Below are positions 18,958-27,331 of a stretch of 35,999 nt of DNA, piece after piece (position 1 is the stretch's first letter; the number at the start of each line of letters is the position of its first letter). The position numbers and the translations under genes were made by a program. The stretch spans positions 1-35,999 of IMG/VR virus record IMGVR_UViG_3300042905_005823; one strand, given 5' to 3'. The notes beneath the pieces are model-generated. The model ran no database searches, was not told the origin of the DNA, and saw only the letters and a program-made list of their open reading frames with translations. The stretch is from a virus (lineage: Duplodnaviria; Caudoviricetes).

Positions 18958-21153
18958 TCAACTAAGAGGTAACCCTCCAGAACACTGATCATCACCCGGA
19001 GCACATGCTTCTATATTTAGATTGCCAATTCCAATCCCAGTAGCTGCATTACTACAAGAAGCATAAACTCTATCACTTGCTTTAATACAACCATTTGGCA
19101 TTAAAACCAATATTGGGAATATGCCCGGAACACACTCTTCTTTATTCGCAGTTGCTTGAGCGGTTGCTTGATCCAGTTCTGGTTTCAATAAATTCTCTGG
19201 AGGACTTACTCTATTGTTATCAGTATTGCTTGGTGGTTTGTAATCTCTACCAGCTAACAAGAATATTTTTTCGTCCACTTTGACAACATGATTTTTTCTG
19301 CCAATGTGAAAGAAATCTTCCTCTGTATAATCCAACCTGTTCGTTTTAACATATATTATCTTGTGACCCTCGATAACATCTAAAGCATTCTCTTTCGCAT
19401 ACAAAAATAAATTTCCACCTGATCTTACTTGTATATATCCCGATTCGTTAACATCTGGATATCCCTCTTGTAATTGAATAATATGAGGTCTTGAACCATT
19501 CTCAATAGTTTTTTGAGGAGCAATAATATCAATTGATTGCCCTTGAGTTGTTTTTTGATCAGGACTGTCATTTAATGTAATTTGTAACCCATAACCAGTT
19601 CTTAATTGCATATAAGCTGCATTAGCATTGTTCTGAGGGAATACTCCATCTTTACGACACCCGTATTCTCTTTTATTGCCCTCGTCAGACATAATAAATT
19701 GGTGTTTGCTAGTTGATGTCATAATAATACCTTGACCAGCTGAAGCTCTACCATCACAATTAGGACCATCAACAGCATCACACAAAAATATTTCATTTCC
19801 CAAAGCACTATGTAATTTTATTCCATTTGAATCACTACGAACCGTATCAGATCCACTATCAGTTCTTTCTAAATCATTCATTTCAATCAAATGACCAGTT
19901 GCTGATTTCCAATATGTTCTGCCAGCAAATTTATTGTCACAACCAAAATCAAATGCTTCTGTACTCCTGTTCCAATCCATAGATCCTCTTGGTTGATTCA
20001 CAGAATCATCCATCACAAGAGTATGACCCGAAATAGAAAGTATCTGTACTCCAGTTTGAGGTAAATCACATTTATTGTTTTGAGGAGTTTGTGGACCTCT
20101 GTAAGGTCTACACTCACTTGCTTGTTTGAAAAATGGATTTCTACCATTTTGACTATCTGGTCTCTCTTGTGTTTCTGGTTTGCCACCAATAATAGTTGAT
20201 TGACTCGATGACGCATCACTTGAATAAGCACAATCTGTATTTTCGCTTTTTTTATTTAAAGCTTCATTGGTAACTGTGGAATTTCCCGACATATCAATTG
20301 CTGTTTGCCCATTTGAAGCGTTATTTATGTCGTAAACAGGAGGATTTGGAAGTCCTACAATACAACTCGTATCTCCATCTTTTTGATTGTTAGCACATGT
20401 TGGATGCGCCCATTGACCAGCATAATGCAAATGGTCATCCTTAAATATCATCCAGTTCCCACAACCACTCATAATTTCAATTCTTTTCCACTTTCTATTG
20501 CATCTGGCATCCCCATCAACCATTTTCATCATGTGCTTTTCAGGAGTTTTAAACCCATATATATTGGGATATGTGGCTCTTGTTAAGATGGACTGGTCTT
20601 TACTTAATTGCGATATAGAATCAATATCATATCCATTATAAGATTCTGTATTCCAAGGAGGAAAAACTTGTGAACCATCATTTGGTCCACAAAGATATCC
20701 ATTTCTTCTGCCTGCATATAATTGATTAAATTCTTCAATCGGCGTATTAAAATAACTCAACGATCCCGGTCCACGTTCTCTACACCATGTAGTTCCTAAA
20801 TAATAAGCCGCTCCATTATTGCCACCTTCAAAAGCAATGATAACTGTTGACCCAGCTGGAGGAATCCATGATGAACCACTATCGTCAAATCCACCAAAAG
20901 ATGATATAGGCAAAGCCCAAGGTAAACTTGAAACTTCTGAAGTAGGATCATCAAAAATTGGAGAAAACCACTGTACTCTATTTTGCTTCCAGATATCCAT
21001 CGTACTAACGCAAATAGCAGAATAAATACCAAATTTACTTATAGGTTGCTTATATCTTGGATCTCGTAAATCTTTTGTTGCGACATTAAGTTCTGCAACT
21101 TTTGACTCAAGATTTTCTAATCTTTTATACATCTCTTCAGCCATGTCTGCCAT
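18958..21153 (-). CDS. Baseplate central spike, gp5/gpV/VgrG-like OB-fold protein (731 aa)
   Basis: D...QNRVQ...LPWALP...G.SWIPPAGSTVIIAFEGG...YYLG OB-fold motif followed by repeated SGH-x-x-x-x-DD-type strands; lies between hub and gp25. No lysozyme domain recognised. Confidence 0.85.
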   Translation of the reverse strand: MADMAEEMYKRLENLESKVAELNVATKDLRDPRYKQPISKFGIYSAICVSTMDIWKQNRVQWFSPIFDDPTSEVSSLPWALPISSFGGFDDSGSSWIPPAGSTVIIAFEGGNNGAAYYLGTTWCRERGPGSLSYFNTPIEEFNQLYAGRRNGYLCGPNDGSQVFPPWNTESYNGYDIDSISQLSKDQSILTRATYPNIYGFKTPEKHMMKMVDGDARCNRKWKRIEIMSGCGNWMIFKDDHLHYAGQWAHPTCANNQKDGDTSCIVGLPNPPVYDINNASNGQTAIDMSGNSTVTNEALNKKSENTDCAYSSDASSSQSTIIGGKPETQERPDSQNGRNPFFKQASECRPYRGPQTPQNNKCDLPQTGVQILSISGHTLVMDDSVNQPRGSMDWNRSTEAFDFGCDNKFAGRTYWKSATGHLIEMNDLERTDSGSDTVRSDSNGIKLHSALGNEIFLCDAVDGPNCDGRASAGQGIIMTSTSKHQFIMSDEGNKREYGCRKDGVFPQNNANAAYMQLRTGYGLQITLNDSPDQKTTQGQSIDIIAPQKTIENGSRPHIIQLQEGYPDVNESGYIQVRSGGNLFLYAKENALDVIEGHKIIYVKTNRLDYTEEDFFHIGRKNHVVKVDEKIFLLAGRDYKPPSNTDNNRVSPPENLLKPELDQATAQATANKEECVPGIFPILVLMPNGCIKASDRVYASCSNAATGIGIGNLNIEACAPGDDQCSGGLPLS

Positions 21154-21154
21154 A

Positions 21155-22870
21155 TCAACCTCTAAGCTTTGTTCTTGGTGAAGGTATTTGTGTCAATTTT
21201 AAATCTGTAACCCATCCACCATCGTTTATTGTGTGATCACAACCTGTTACAGTATAAAATCCATCTGATATCATAGAATTAATTTTTGGATTTGCTAACC
21301 AATCTGTCTGAATACCAATTGGCGTTATACCTTGCGTAAAGACAGCAAATGGATTGATAAATATAATTTTTATCGCTCCACCCTTTATGTTTAAAGACCA
21401 AAGAAATCTAGGATCTCCCTGAATTGTCATGGTAGCTGTTATAGCACCAGCAGTTTCTGGTTTACTGTAGTTTTCAGCAGCAATTGCTGCAACACCAGCT
21501 TGCGCTTGCACTCTAGGTAAGTTTTTCGGAGCATCTCTATCCCAAGCATCATTTGCCACAGCTCCTCCCATCGCAATATCTTGACCCGGAGCTGTTTTTG
21601 AATTCTTTTCTTGATCAGCCTCGTTACCATCAAAAGGATTACATAAGTCTTTAACTTGTACTGCTCTAATGTTAGACCCACCACCCGCTTGACCACCTAT
21701 AGCTTTATTGGGAATACCAACAAGATTTATTTTAGGAGAAAATCGTATTACTGGACTATAGTCTCCACCATTAACAACATATGTTCCTAAAAATGGTCCT
21801 AATCCGCAAAATGCCATCGAACCTCTTCTTTGAATGCAAAATGTACTGTCAGCTTCAACTAAATAAAGAGCATCATCATTCGCCCCTGTCGGGAACATCA
21901 TGTAAACACCTTTGTTACTTGTGGTTACAAATGTATCCATATTTTTTCTAATAGCATCCAAAGGAGGCAAATTATAACCAGCATAAACTCCTTTTTTCGT
22001 TGCATTTGGCGCACTACCAGCACCTTTTTCTGCGCCAATACTCCACTCTCCATTAGCACCCTGTGGAGGTCTAGCCAAAATAACACGAGCTTTTGCAGGA
22101 TCATCAAAGGCAATTCTTGGAGGACAATCACCATTTAACATTATCTCAGCCGCCCTTAACAACGGAACTTGTTGACCCGGTGCTCCTACCCTCTTGTTAA
22201 CCGTTAAATTCGAATAAGGTCCATCTGCCGATTTTAAAATTAAATTATATCTCCATATGTTTCTTTCAACATGAACTTCTATCTGATGTAAAAAGAAATT
22301 AATGAATGGACCTATTGGTCTACCAGCAATTCTTTTGGAAGGAGAATTAACATAAGGCTGATAAACAGCTTTCTTTCCTTCAGAATTCACAAAGACATAA
22401 CCAACATTAACCGAAACAATGAATATTTCTTGAGGCTTTACAACATTGTCATTGTTAATACCCTCTTTGTTCCAACATCTATTCTTATAGACTGTATTGT
22501 AAAATCCAATAAAATCATTTCCAGAAGTATCAACAATTTCTAAAGTTGCACCATACGCATTCTCAATCGACAAAGTAAAACTTTTTATAAACGCATTTCT
22601 AGATTCATTGCTTCCTAGAAAATTACCTGTAGAAACATAATATAATTGTTGTTGTTCTTGTCTTGCTACTTGCAATTGTTCATTGTCAAAACGCAAAACT
22701 CTATAGAACCTCGCCTCTACAAATGGAGAATACATTTGAAATGGCAAAGTCTCTGGAATACCTGTGGGTCCAGTAAACGGTAAAGCTCTTCTTAAATCAC
22801 CGCATTGATTGTAGCTCGTACCATCTACTACAAAACTTGGAGGAATTTGATATTTTAAATTTATAGGCAT
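21155..22870 (-). CDS. Putative baseplate hub protein (T4 gp27 / P2 gpD-like)
   Basis: C-terminal ATMTIQGDP...SDGFYTVTGCDHTINDGGWVTDLKL typical of hub proteins; position between the LysM-like wedge and spike genes. Confidence 0.75.
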   Translation of the reverse strand: MPINLKYQIPPSFVVDGTSYNQCGDLRRALPFTGPTGIPETLPFQMYSPFVEARFYRVLRFDNEQLQVARQEQQQLYYVSTGNFLGSNESRNAFIKSFTLSIENAYGATLEIVDTSGNDFIGFYNTVYKNRCWNKEGINNDNVVKPQEIFIVSVNVGYVFVNSEGKKAVYQPYVNSPSKRIAGRPIGPFINFFLHQIEVHVERNIWRYNLILKSADGPYSNLTVNKRVGAPGQQVPLLRAAEIMLNGDCPPRIAFDDPAKARVILARPPQGANGEWSIGAEKGAGSAPNATKKGVYAGYNLPPLDAIRKNMDTFVTTSNKGVYMMFPTGANDDALYLVEADSTFCIQRRGSMAFCGLGPFLGTYVVNGGDYSPVIRFSPKINLVGIPNKAIGGQAGGGSNIRAVQVKDLCNPFDGNEADQEKNSKTAPGQDIAMGGAVANDAWDRDAPKNLPRVQAQAGVAAIAAENYSKPETAGAITATMTIQGDPRFLWSLNIKGGAIKIIFINPFAVFTQGITPIGIQTDWLANPKINSMISDGFYTVTGCDHTINDGGWVTDLKLTQIPSPRTKLRG

Positions 22871-22871
22871 G

Positions 22872-23198
22872 TTAAAATGTATTTATTGGTAGACGAATGG
22901 TTTTACCTGCAACAAAATCTTTTATATCATAAATACCATTTATTTCCATTATAAGCCACCAAGAATCAGGATAACCATAAACTTGAACAGAAACTAAATC
23001 AGGTCTATAAGCAAAACCTTCTGGAATCACAGCATACTTGTCATATGTGGTAACAGGATAAGTTCTCCTCTTATAAACTTCAAATGTAAGCTTCTTCTCG
23101 TCACCGTAAACATAAACTTTAGAATCTTGGTATCTAGACAAAGCATTAACGTATTTTGAAGCAGTTGCAGTTTTCGATTCTTCAATTTTATATGCCAT
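22872..23198 (-). CDS. Baseplate wedge protein, T4 gp53 / LysM-like (tail X)
   Basis: RPDLVSVQVYGYPDSWWLIMEINGI...GKTIRLP signature. Confidence 0.9.
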   Translation of the reverse strand: MAYKIEESKTATASKYVNALSRYQDSKVYVYGDEKKLTFEVYKRRTYPVTTYDKYAVIPEGFAYRPDLVSVQVYGYPDSWWLIMEINGIYDIKDFVAGKTIRLPINTF

Positions 23199-23199
23199 T

Positions 23200-23754
23200 T
23201 TATGCCCCTAATTGTAGTATTCTTTCTGCGCCGGGAAGATATCTAGAATCGTAAACAACATCAAAGTCTAAATCTATATCAAGCTTCATAGGTAAATATC
23301 TACCAAATGGATAATCAGTATTCCAAACTTGATCAGTAGGAAAAGAAGTGGTATAACTTAACATTACAACATTTAGCTCAACACCATTATTAGCTAATAA
23401 ATCACCACACTTAATGCTCAAAACAACAGGAGGAATATAAGGAATTATGTTTGCTGGATCTCTTCTAGGATATACACAAGCTTCCAAAATTCTTAAATAT
23501 GATATATTTCTATAAATACTATCAGCATCATAAGAAACAAGCGTGAATTTCCACTTTATAGACCTAGCAGTACCTGCGCTAAATGTTTTGAACGGCATTG
23601 TTCTGCCCATGCCCTCCTCAGAATTGTAATTAGCACCTTTGCTGTCTGTTATAGATGGTAAACTATACATATAAACGTAAAGACCTTGTGCCCTAATATA
23701 ACAATCAGGGATTACGTTAAGTTGACCAGTATTTGTAGTTGCAATAATTCCCAT
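23200..23754 (-). CDS. Putative tail tube initiator (gp48/gp54 / gpU-like)
   Basis: ITDSKGANY...GRTMP...RSIKWKF...YP...PPVVLSIKCGD...PMKLDIDLDF tube-fold pattern; immediately follows the tape measure gene. Confidence 0.75.
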   Translation of the reverse strand: MGIIATTNTGQLNVIPDCYIRAQGLYVYMYSLPSITDSKGANYNSEEGMGRTMPFKTFSAGTARSIKWKFTLVSYDADSIYRNISYLRILEACVYPRRDPANIIPYIPPVVLSIKCGDLLANNGVELNVVMLSYTTSFPTDQVWNTDYPFGRYLPMKLDIDLDFDVVYDSRYLPGAERILQLGA

Positions 23755-23793
23755 GTTTTAACTCAGTAATTTTTTAGTATTTATTCTGCAACA

Positions 23794-26700
23794 TTAATAT
23801 ATTGCTTTGATCGCATCACTTTTTGTATAAGATCCACCCATCATGTTACTAAGTCTAGGATCTACTTTTGAATAATTCCTAGATCCATACTCATCAATCA
23901 TTCCTCCAGCCGGAGCAGAACTAGACATATTCTTCAATCTATCTGAAATTTCTCTTAAAATCGAAACCATTTCTGCTGAATTTTTTTCTTGCACAACTGA
24001 TGTCCCAAATTTATCACTCGGCATCGTCGCCATCTGCGCTTTAGTTCTTTCATTTGTAGTTATTAATTGATTTTCAGGAGAATATGGAACATTTCCAACT
24101 CTTCTGTTAAATAACATTTGTGGACCTTCATTAGGGTCATTGTCTGAATATCTGTTAAGGAGATTAGAACGACTACCTTCATTATTATCTGAATAACGAT
24201 TTAAAAGATCTTTTTTAAGTGACAATAATTCTTCTGTTTGCAAACCTGTTCGTTTAAAAGAATTGTCTGGACTGCTTGTTGCATCTTTCATATGAGCAAT
24301 CAAATTGGTATACATCTCTTCTGGTTTAGCAGTGCGGTCTTTCATATGAGCAATCAAATTGGTATACATCTCTTCTGGTTTAGCAGTGCGGTCTTTCATA
24401 TGAGCAATAGGATTAGTAAACATGCTTTCTGGGCTAGCCTTGCCTCTGTTCGCATGAGCAAGAGCATTAGAGTAAATGGGTCGATTAGGAGGCATTTCTA
24501 ATGTCATTTCTGACATGTTAAAAGGTCCATTGCCTTTTGCGATTTGATTAAATTCTTTTGGAACTACTATTTCACCTTCATGCAAATACGCCAAACCATT
24601 TTCTGTAATTCTGTTTGTTCCCACTTGAAAATGGTCAATAGGATCTCCCGGTTTCGGTGGTCCTCCTCTTAAATTTGGGTCTCGATCTGCTCTTTCACCC
24701 GCTCTTCTCAGCCTTTCAATTTCGTCTGTTGCCATTTTTAGAGCGTTTCTTAGTTGGTCATTTGCTATCTTTAATGCATCTTTTGCAGCGTCTGGAAGTT
24801 CTCCTGTTTCGCCAAAAGCAATAATTTTGACAATTCCAAGAATTTCTCGCATAGTTTGCCGCATTTCTGATGATTCTTTATTAATATCATGTAAAATTTT
24901 TGTAGATGGATCTAACCCTTCTTGTTTTTCAGTTGCTAATATTTGATTTGCGGATTGAATTTTTTCAATTGTTTCTCTGAGAGCACTTGTATCACCTCCT
25001 TCAGCTTTTTTCAGGACATCATCTAACATATCTGGGGTTATATCTAATGTTTTTTCTCCTCTTGCATCTAATCCTTTATTTATTTCGATTAAAGAATTTG
25101 CCATTACATTCTTCATTATATCTTTATTCGTAAAGTTCAATTTTTTATAAGCTTCTGGAGATAAACCTTGTAACGCTGCAATGTCAGAATCTAATCCTTC
25201 AGTTTTTCTTTTTGTTCCAAAAGCAGATGCACCTTCTTGGAAATTTTTGGCACCTTTAAAAGATTCGCTTATTGTAGCCAGAATGTCAAGACCCTTGGAT
25301 GTCTTTAAGCTACTTTCTTTTTCTTCGAGAGCTGCTTTTTCTTTCGGTGTTAAACCTGCTTTGGCTTTTTCTTTTTTAATATCAGCCATTTTTTGATCAA
25401 ATGTTTTAGTACTTTCTTCAAGCGCCTTTTTCATCATTAGCAATTCGCCTGCTTGCTTTCCTGTTCGAGAAACTGCTTGAAGATTCAAAATCATTTTTTC
25501 TTCAGCACTTAGCTTTTCAAATTGTTCCATCGAGGTAAGACCCATCTCTTCTAAAACATTGCTAAATCCTTTACTAAATTTACTCATCGATTTTTCTGAT
25601 TTAGTCATAGTTCCTGTTAGTAACTCTTCGTAAACACCACCAGAATCTGCGGCTTGGCGCATAATTGTAGCCATAGCATCGCCGCCGTCTAATAGTAACT
25701 TTGTTCCATCTGTTAAATATTTTTGCATTTCTGAACCAGCATCTTCAACACCAAACTTTTTGAAACTTGCTGACATCTGCATAACATTTTTCATTGACAT
25801 TGTTGTTAAATTACCAGAATTTCTTAAACTTCGTGTAAATGCTTGACTGCTTTGAACAACGTCTCTTAATTTATCTCCTGTTATACCAGTATTTCTTGCG
25901 ACATCAATCATTGACTTGTTAGCAAAACCTATTTGTTCAGTAGTCATGTTACCAGCAATACTTAAATCTAAAAATGTTTCATGTAATGACCCAGCAGCTA
26001 ATCCAAGTTGTCTTTCAGTGTTTAACTGAGCAACTGCAATTTTTTGCATATCTTTGCTGCTTTTTATGCCTGATCTTGCATACTTTACAAGTTGTTTTTC
26101 AAATTCGACTTCATTAAATCCAGTTTTATGCACAGATTTTGATATTTTAGTAAAATTTTCTAATATGTATCCACTTTCTGCTGTCAAACCTTGTGTTTGA
26201 TGAATAGCTCTTTTCATATCAACATTAAATTGATTTATCTCTGTTGCCATTGCAAACGGATTAAAAAGCATGTCACCAATTGTTTTTGGAAAAAGTTCTG
26301 GCAAACTTAACAAACTAGTTTCAAAGTCTTTAAGAAAGTCAACAAGCATACCAACCCATGATCGGGAAGGCGCACCCGGAATTCCACCACCACCACCACC
26401 ACCAATTCCACCACCACCACCACCACCACCACCACCACCACCACCACCACCACCACCAATTCCACCACCACCACGGCAGCACGTTTTCAATAAGTCTTCT
26501 ATTCTTCCTAATATTGTCTTTTCAGTATCGCCCGGCACAACCGAAAATCTTTCTATAGGCATTCTGGCATCAGTGTCGCTAGTTCTTTCTATTGTATCAG
26601 ATAATTTCCTAGTATTTTTTTTATTTGCTAGATTTCCATTTTTAATGTAATTGGCAATTTCTTCGACAGTTTGTCTTATCTTGTCCACTCCTGCTTCAAA

Positions 26701-26829
26701 TTTATTTGATATTTCTTTCAACGAATTAAATAATTCTTTAAAGTCACTTTCAGTTTTTGCTTTACTCTCTTTTGTTTCTCCAGTAAGGTCTCTTTCATTT
26801 ATGCCTAACTCGTTTTTTACGCCTGCCAT
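23794..26829 (-). CDS. Tail tape measure protein (1011 aa)
   Basis: Long helical Ala/Lys/Glu/Met-rich ORF directly upstream of the tube initiator and baseplate genes, with FQVGT...GLAYLHEGEIVVP, a motif common near tape-measure C-termini. Confidence 0.82.
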   Translation of the reverse strand: MAGVKNELGINERDLTGETKESKAKTESDFKELFNSLKEISNKFEAGVDKIRQTVEEIANYIKNGNLANKKNTRKLSDTIERTSDTDARMPIERFSVVPGDTEKTILGRIEDLLKTCCRGGGGIGGGGGGGGGGGGGGGGGIGGGGGGGIPGAPSRSWVGMLVDFLKDFETSLLSLPELFPKTIGDMLFNPFAMATEINQFNVDMKRAIHQTQGLTAESGYILENFTKISKSVHKTGFNEVEFEKQLVKYARSGIKSSKDMQKIAVAQLNTERQLGLAAGSLHETFLDLSIAGNMTTEQIGFANKSMIDVARNTGITGDKLRDVVQSSQAFTRSLRNSGNLTTMSMKNVMQMSASFKKFGVEDAGSEMQKYLTDGTKLLLDGGDAMATIMRQAADSGGVYEELLTGTMTKSEKSMSKFSKGFSNVLEEMGLTSMEQFEKLSAEEKMILNLQAVSRTGKQAGELLMMKKALEESTKTFDQKMADIKKEKAKAGLTPKEKAALEEKESSLKTSKGLDILATISESFKGAKNFQEGASAFGTKRKTEGLDSDIAALQGLSPEAYKKLNFTNKDIMKNVMANSLIEINKGLDARGEKTLDITPDMLDDVLKKAEGGDTSALRETIEKIQSANQILATEKQEGLDPSTKILHDINKESSEMRQTMREILGIVKIIAFGETGELPDAAKDALKIANDQLRNALKMATDEIERLRRAGERADRDPNLRGGPPKPGDPIDHFQVGTNRITENGLAYLHEGEIVVPKEFNQIAKGNGPFNMSEMTLEMPPNRPIYSNALAHANRGKASPESMFTNPIAHMKDRTAKPEEMYTNLIAHMKDRTAKPEEMYTNLIAHMKDATSSPDNSFKRTGLQTEELLSLKKDLLNRYSDNNEGSRSNLLNRYSDNDPNEGPQMLFNRRVGNVPYSPENQLITTNERTKAQMATMPSDKFGTSVVQEKNSAEMVSILREISDRLKNMSSSAPAGGMIDEYGSRNYSKVDPRLSNMMGGSYTKSDAIKAIY
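24284..24408. repeat. 54-bp coding tandem repeat in tape measure (AHMKDRTAKPEEMYTNLI)
   Basis: Two exact 54-bp units plus a partial third, with degenerate copies continuing to about 24480. Confidence 0.92.
26383..26473. repeat. (CCA)n trinucleotide tract encoding poly-glycine in tape measure
   Basis: About 30 codons of GGT/GGA interrupted by two Ile codons. Confidence 0.95.
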
Positions 26830-26836
26830 GGTTTAC

Positions 26837-27331
26837 TCACTTTTGTATCATGTCTTGTACTGAATTATTTATCAACTTGCTTATTTGATCTTTTACGTTT
26901 TCTCTAATTGCTTCTGATTCTTGTGGATCTATTGATCTGCTAACTGACATAGATCTAAGAATCAAATCACAATCTAAGACTTTTAAATTTTTCAGACCAT
27001 TTCTCTTATATGTCCTGTACGCATCTACTATATATTCATAAGGCTTTACATTCTGATAATTGAATCCTGTACGACATCCATTTAGTTTATCTTTTTGCAA
27101 TACTTGTTTAATTTGATTAAACGTCAAATAATGCAAGTTAACACCATGAATATAATTATTGCTTACATATGTTAAAATAGCCAAAGGATAGACATCATTT
27201 TTAGCAAACAAATATTGAAATGTAACAAGACTGCCACTTGTGACAGTCTTTAAACTAGGACCATATTGGTTGCCTCTGACACCTCTGGAAATGACATCTT
27301 TGAATAAACTTCCATATTCATTACGAGCCAT
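26837..27331 (-). CDS. DNA end protector protein, T4 gp2-like
   Basis: GSLVTFQY...DVYPLAIL...IHGVNLHYL...YRTYK matches the gp2 pattern (G..Y.F.Y...D.FPL...G.NLHYL...K.Y). Confidence 0.7.
   Translation of the reverse strand: MARNEYGSLFKDVISRGVRGNQYGPSLKTVTSGSLVTFQYLFAKNDVYPLAILTYVSNNYIHGVNLHYLTFNQIKQVLQKDKLNGCRTGFNYQNVKPYEYIVDAYRTYKRNGLKNLKVLDCDLILRSMSVSRSIDPQESEAIRENVKDQISKLINNSVQDMIQK

Noticed and set aside
18936-19004. N-terminal extension of gp25 given in the ORF track
   Set aside because: It overlaps the spike gene end, and the ATG at 18935 has a clear AGGAG ribosome-binding site.
26270-26650. Poly-His (26358-26558) and poly-Pro (26270-26650) ORFs on the + strand
   Set aside because: Antisense shadows of the (GGT)n poly-Gly tract in the tape measure gene.
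13412-26829. Bacterial eCIS, tailocin or T6SS locus
   Set aside because: The gp2-like DNA end protector, HNH, phage-like gene density and lack of host genes or an eCIS AAA ATPase favour a phage, although capsid, sheath and large terminase genes are not in this window.
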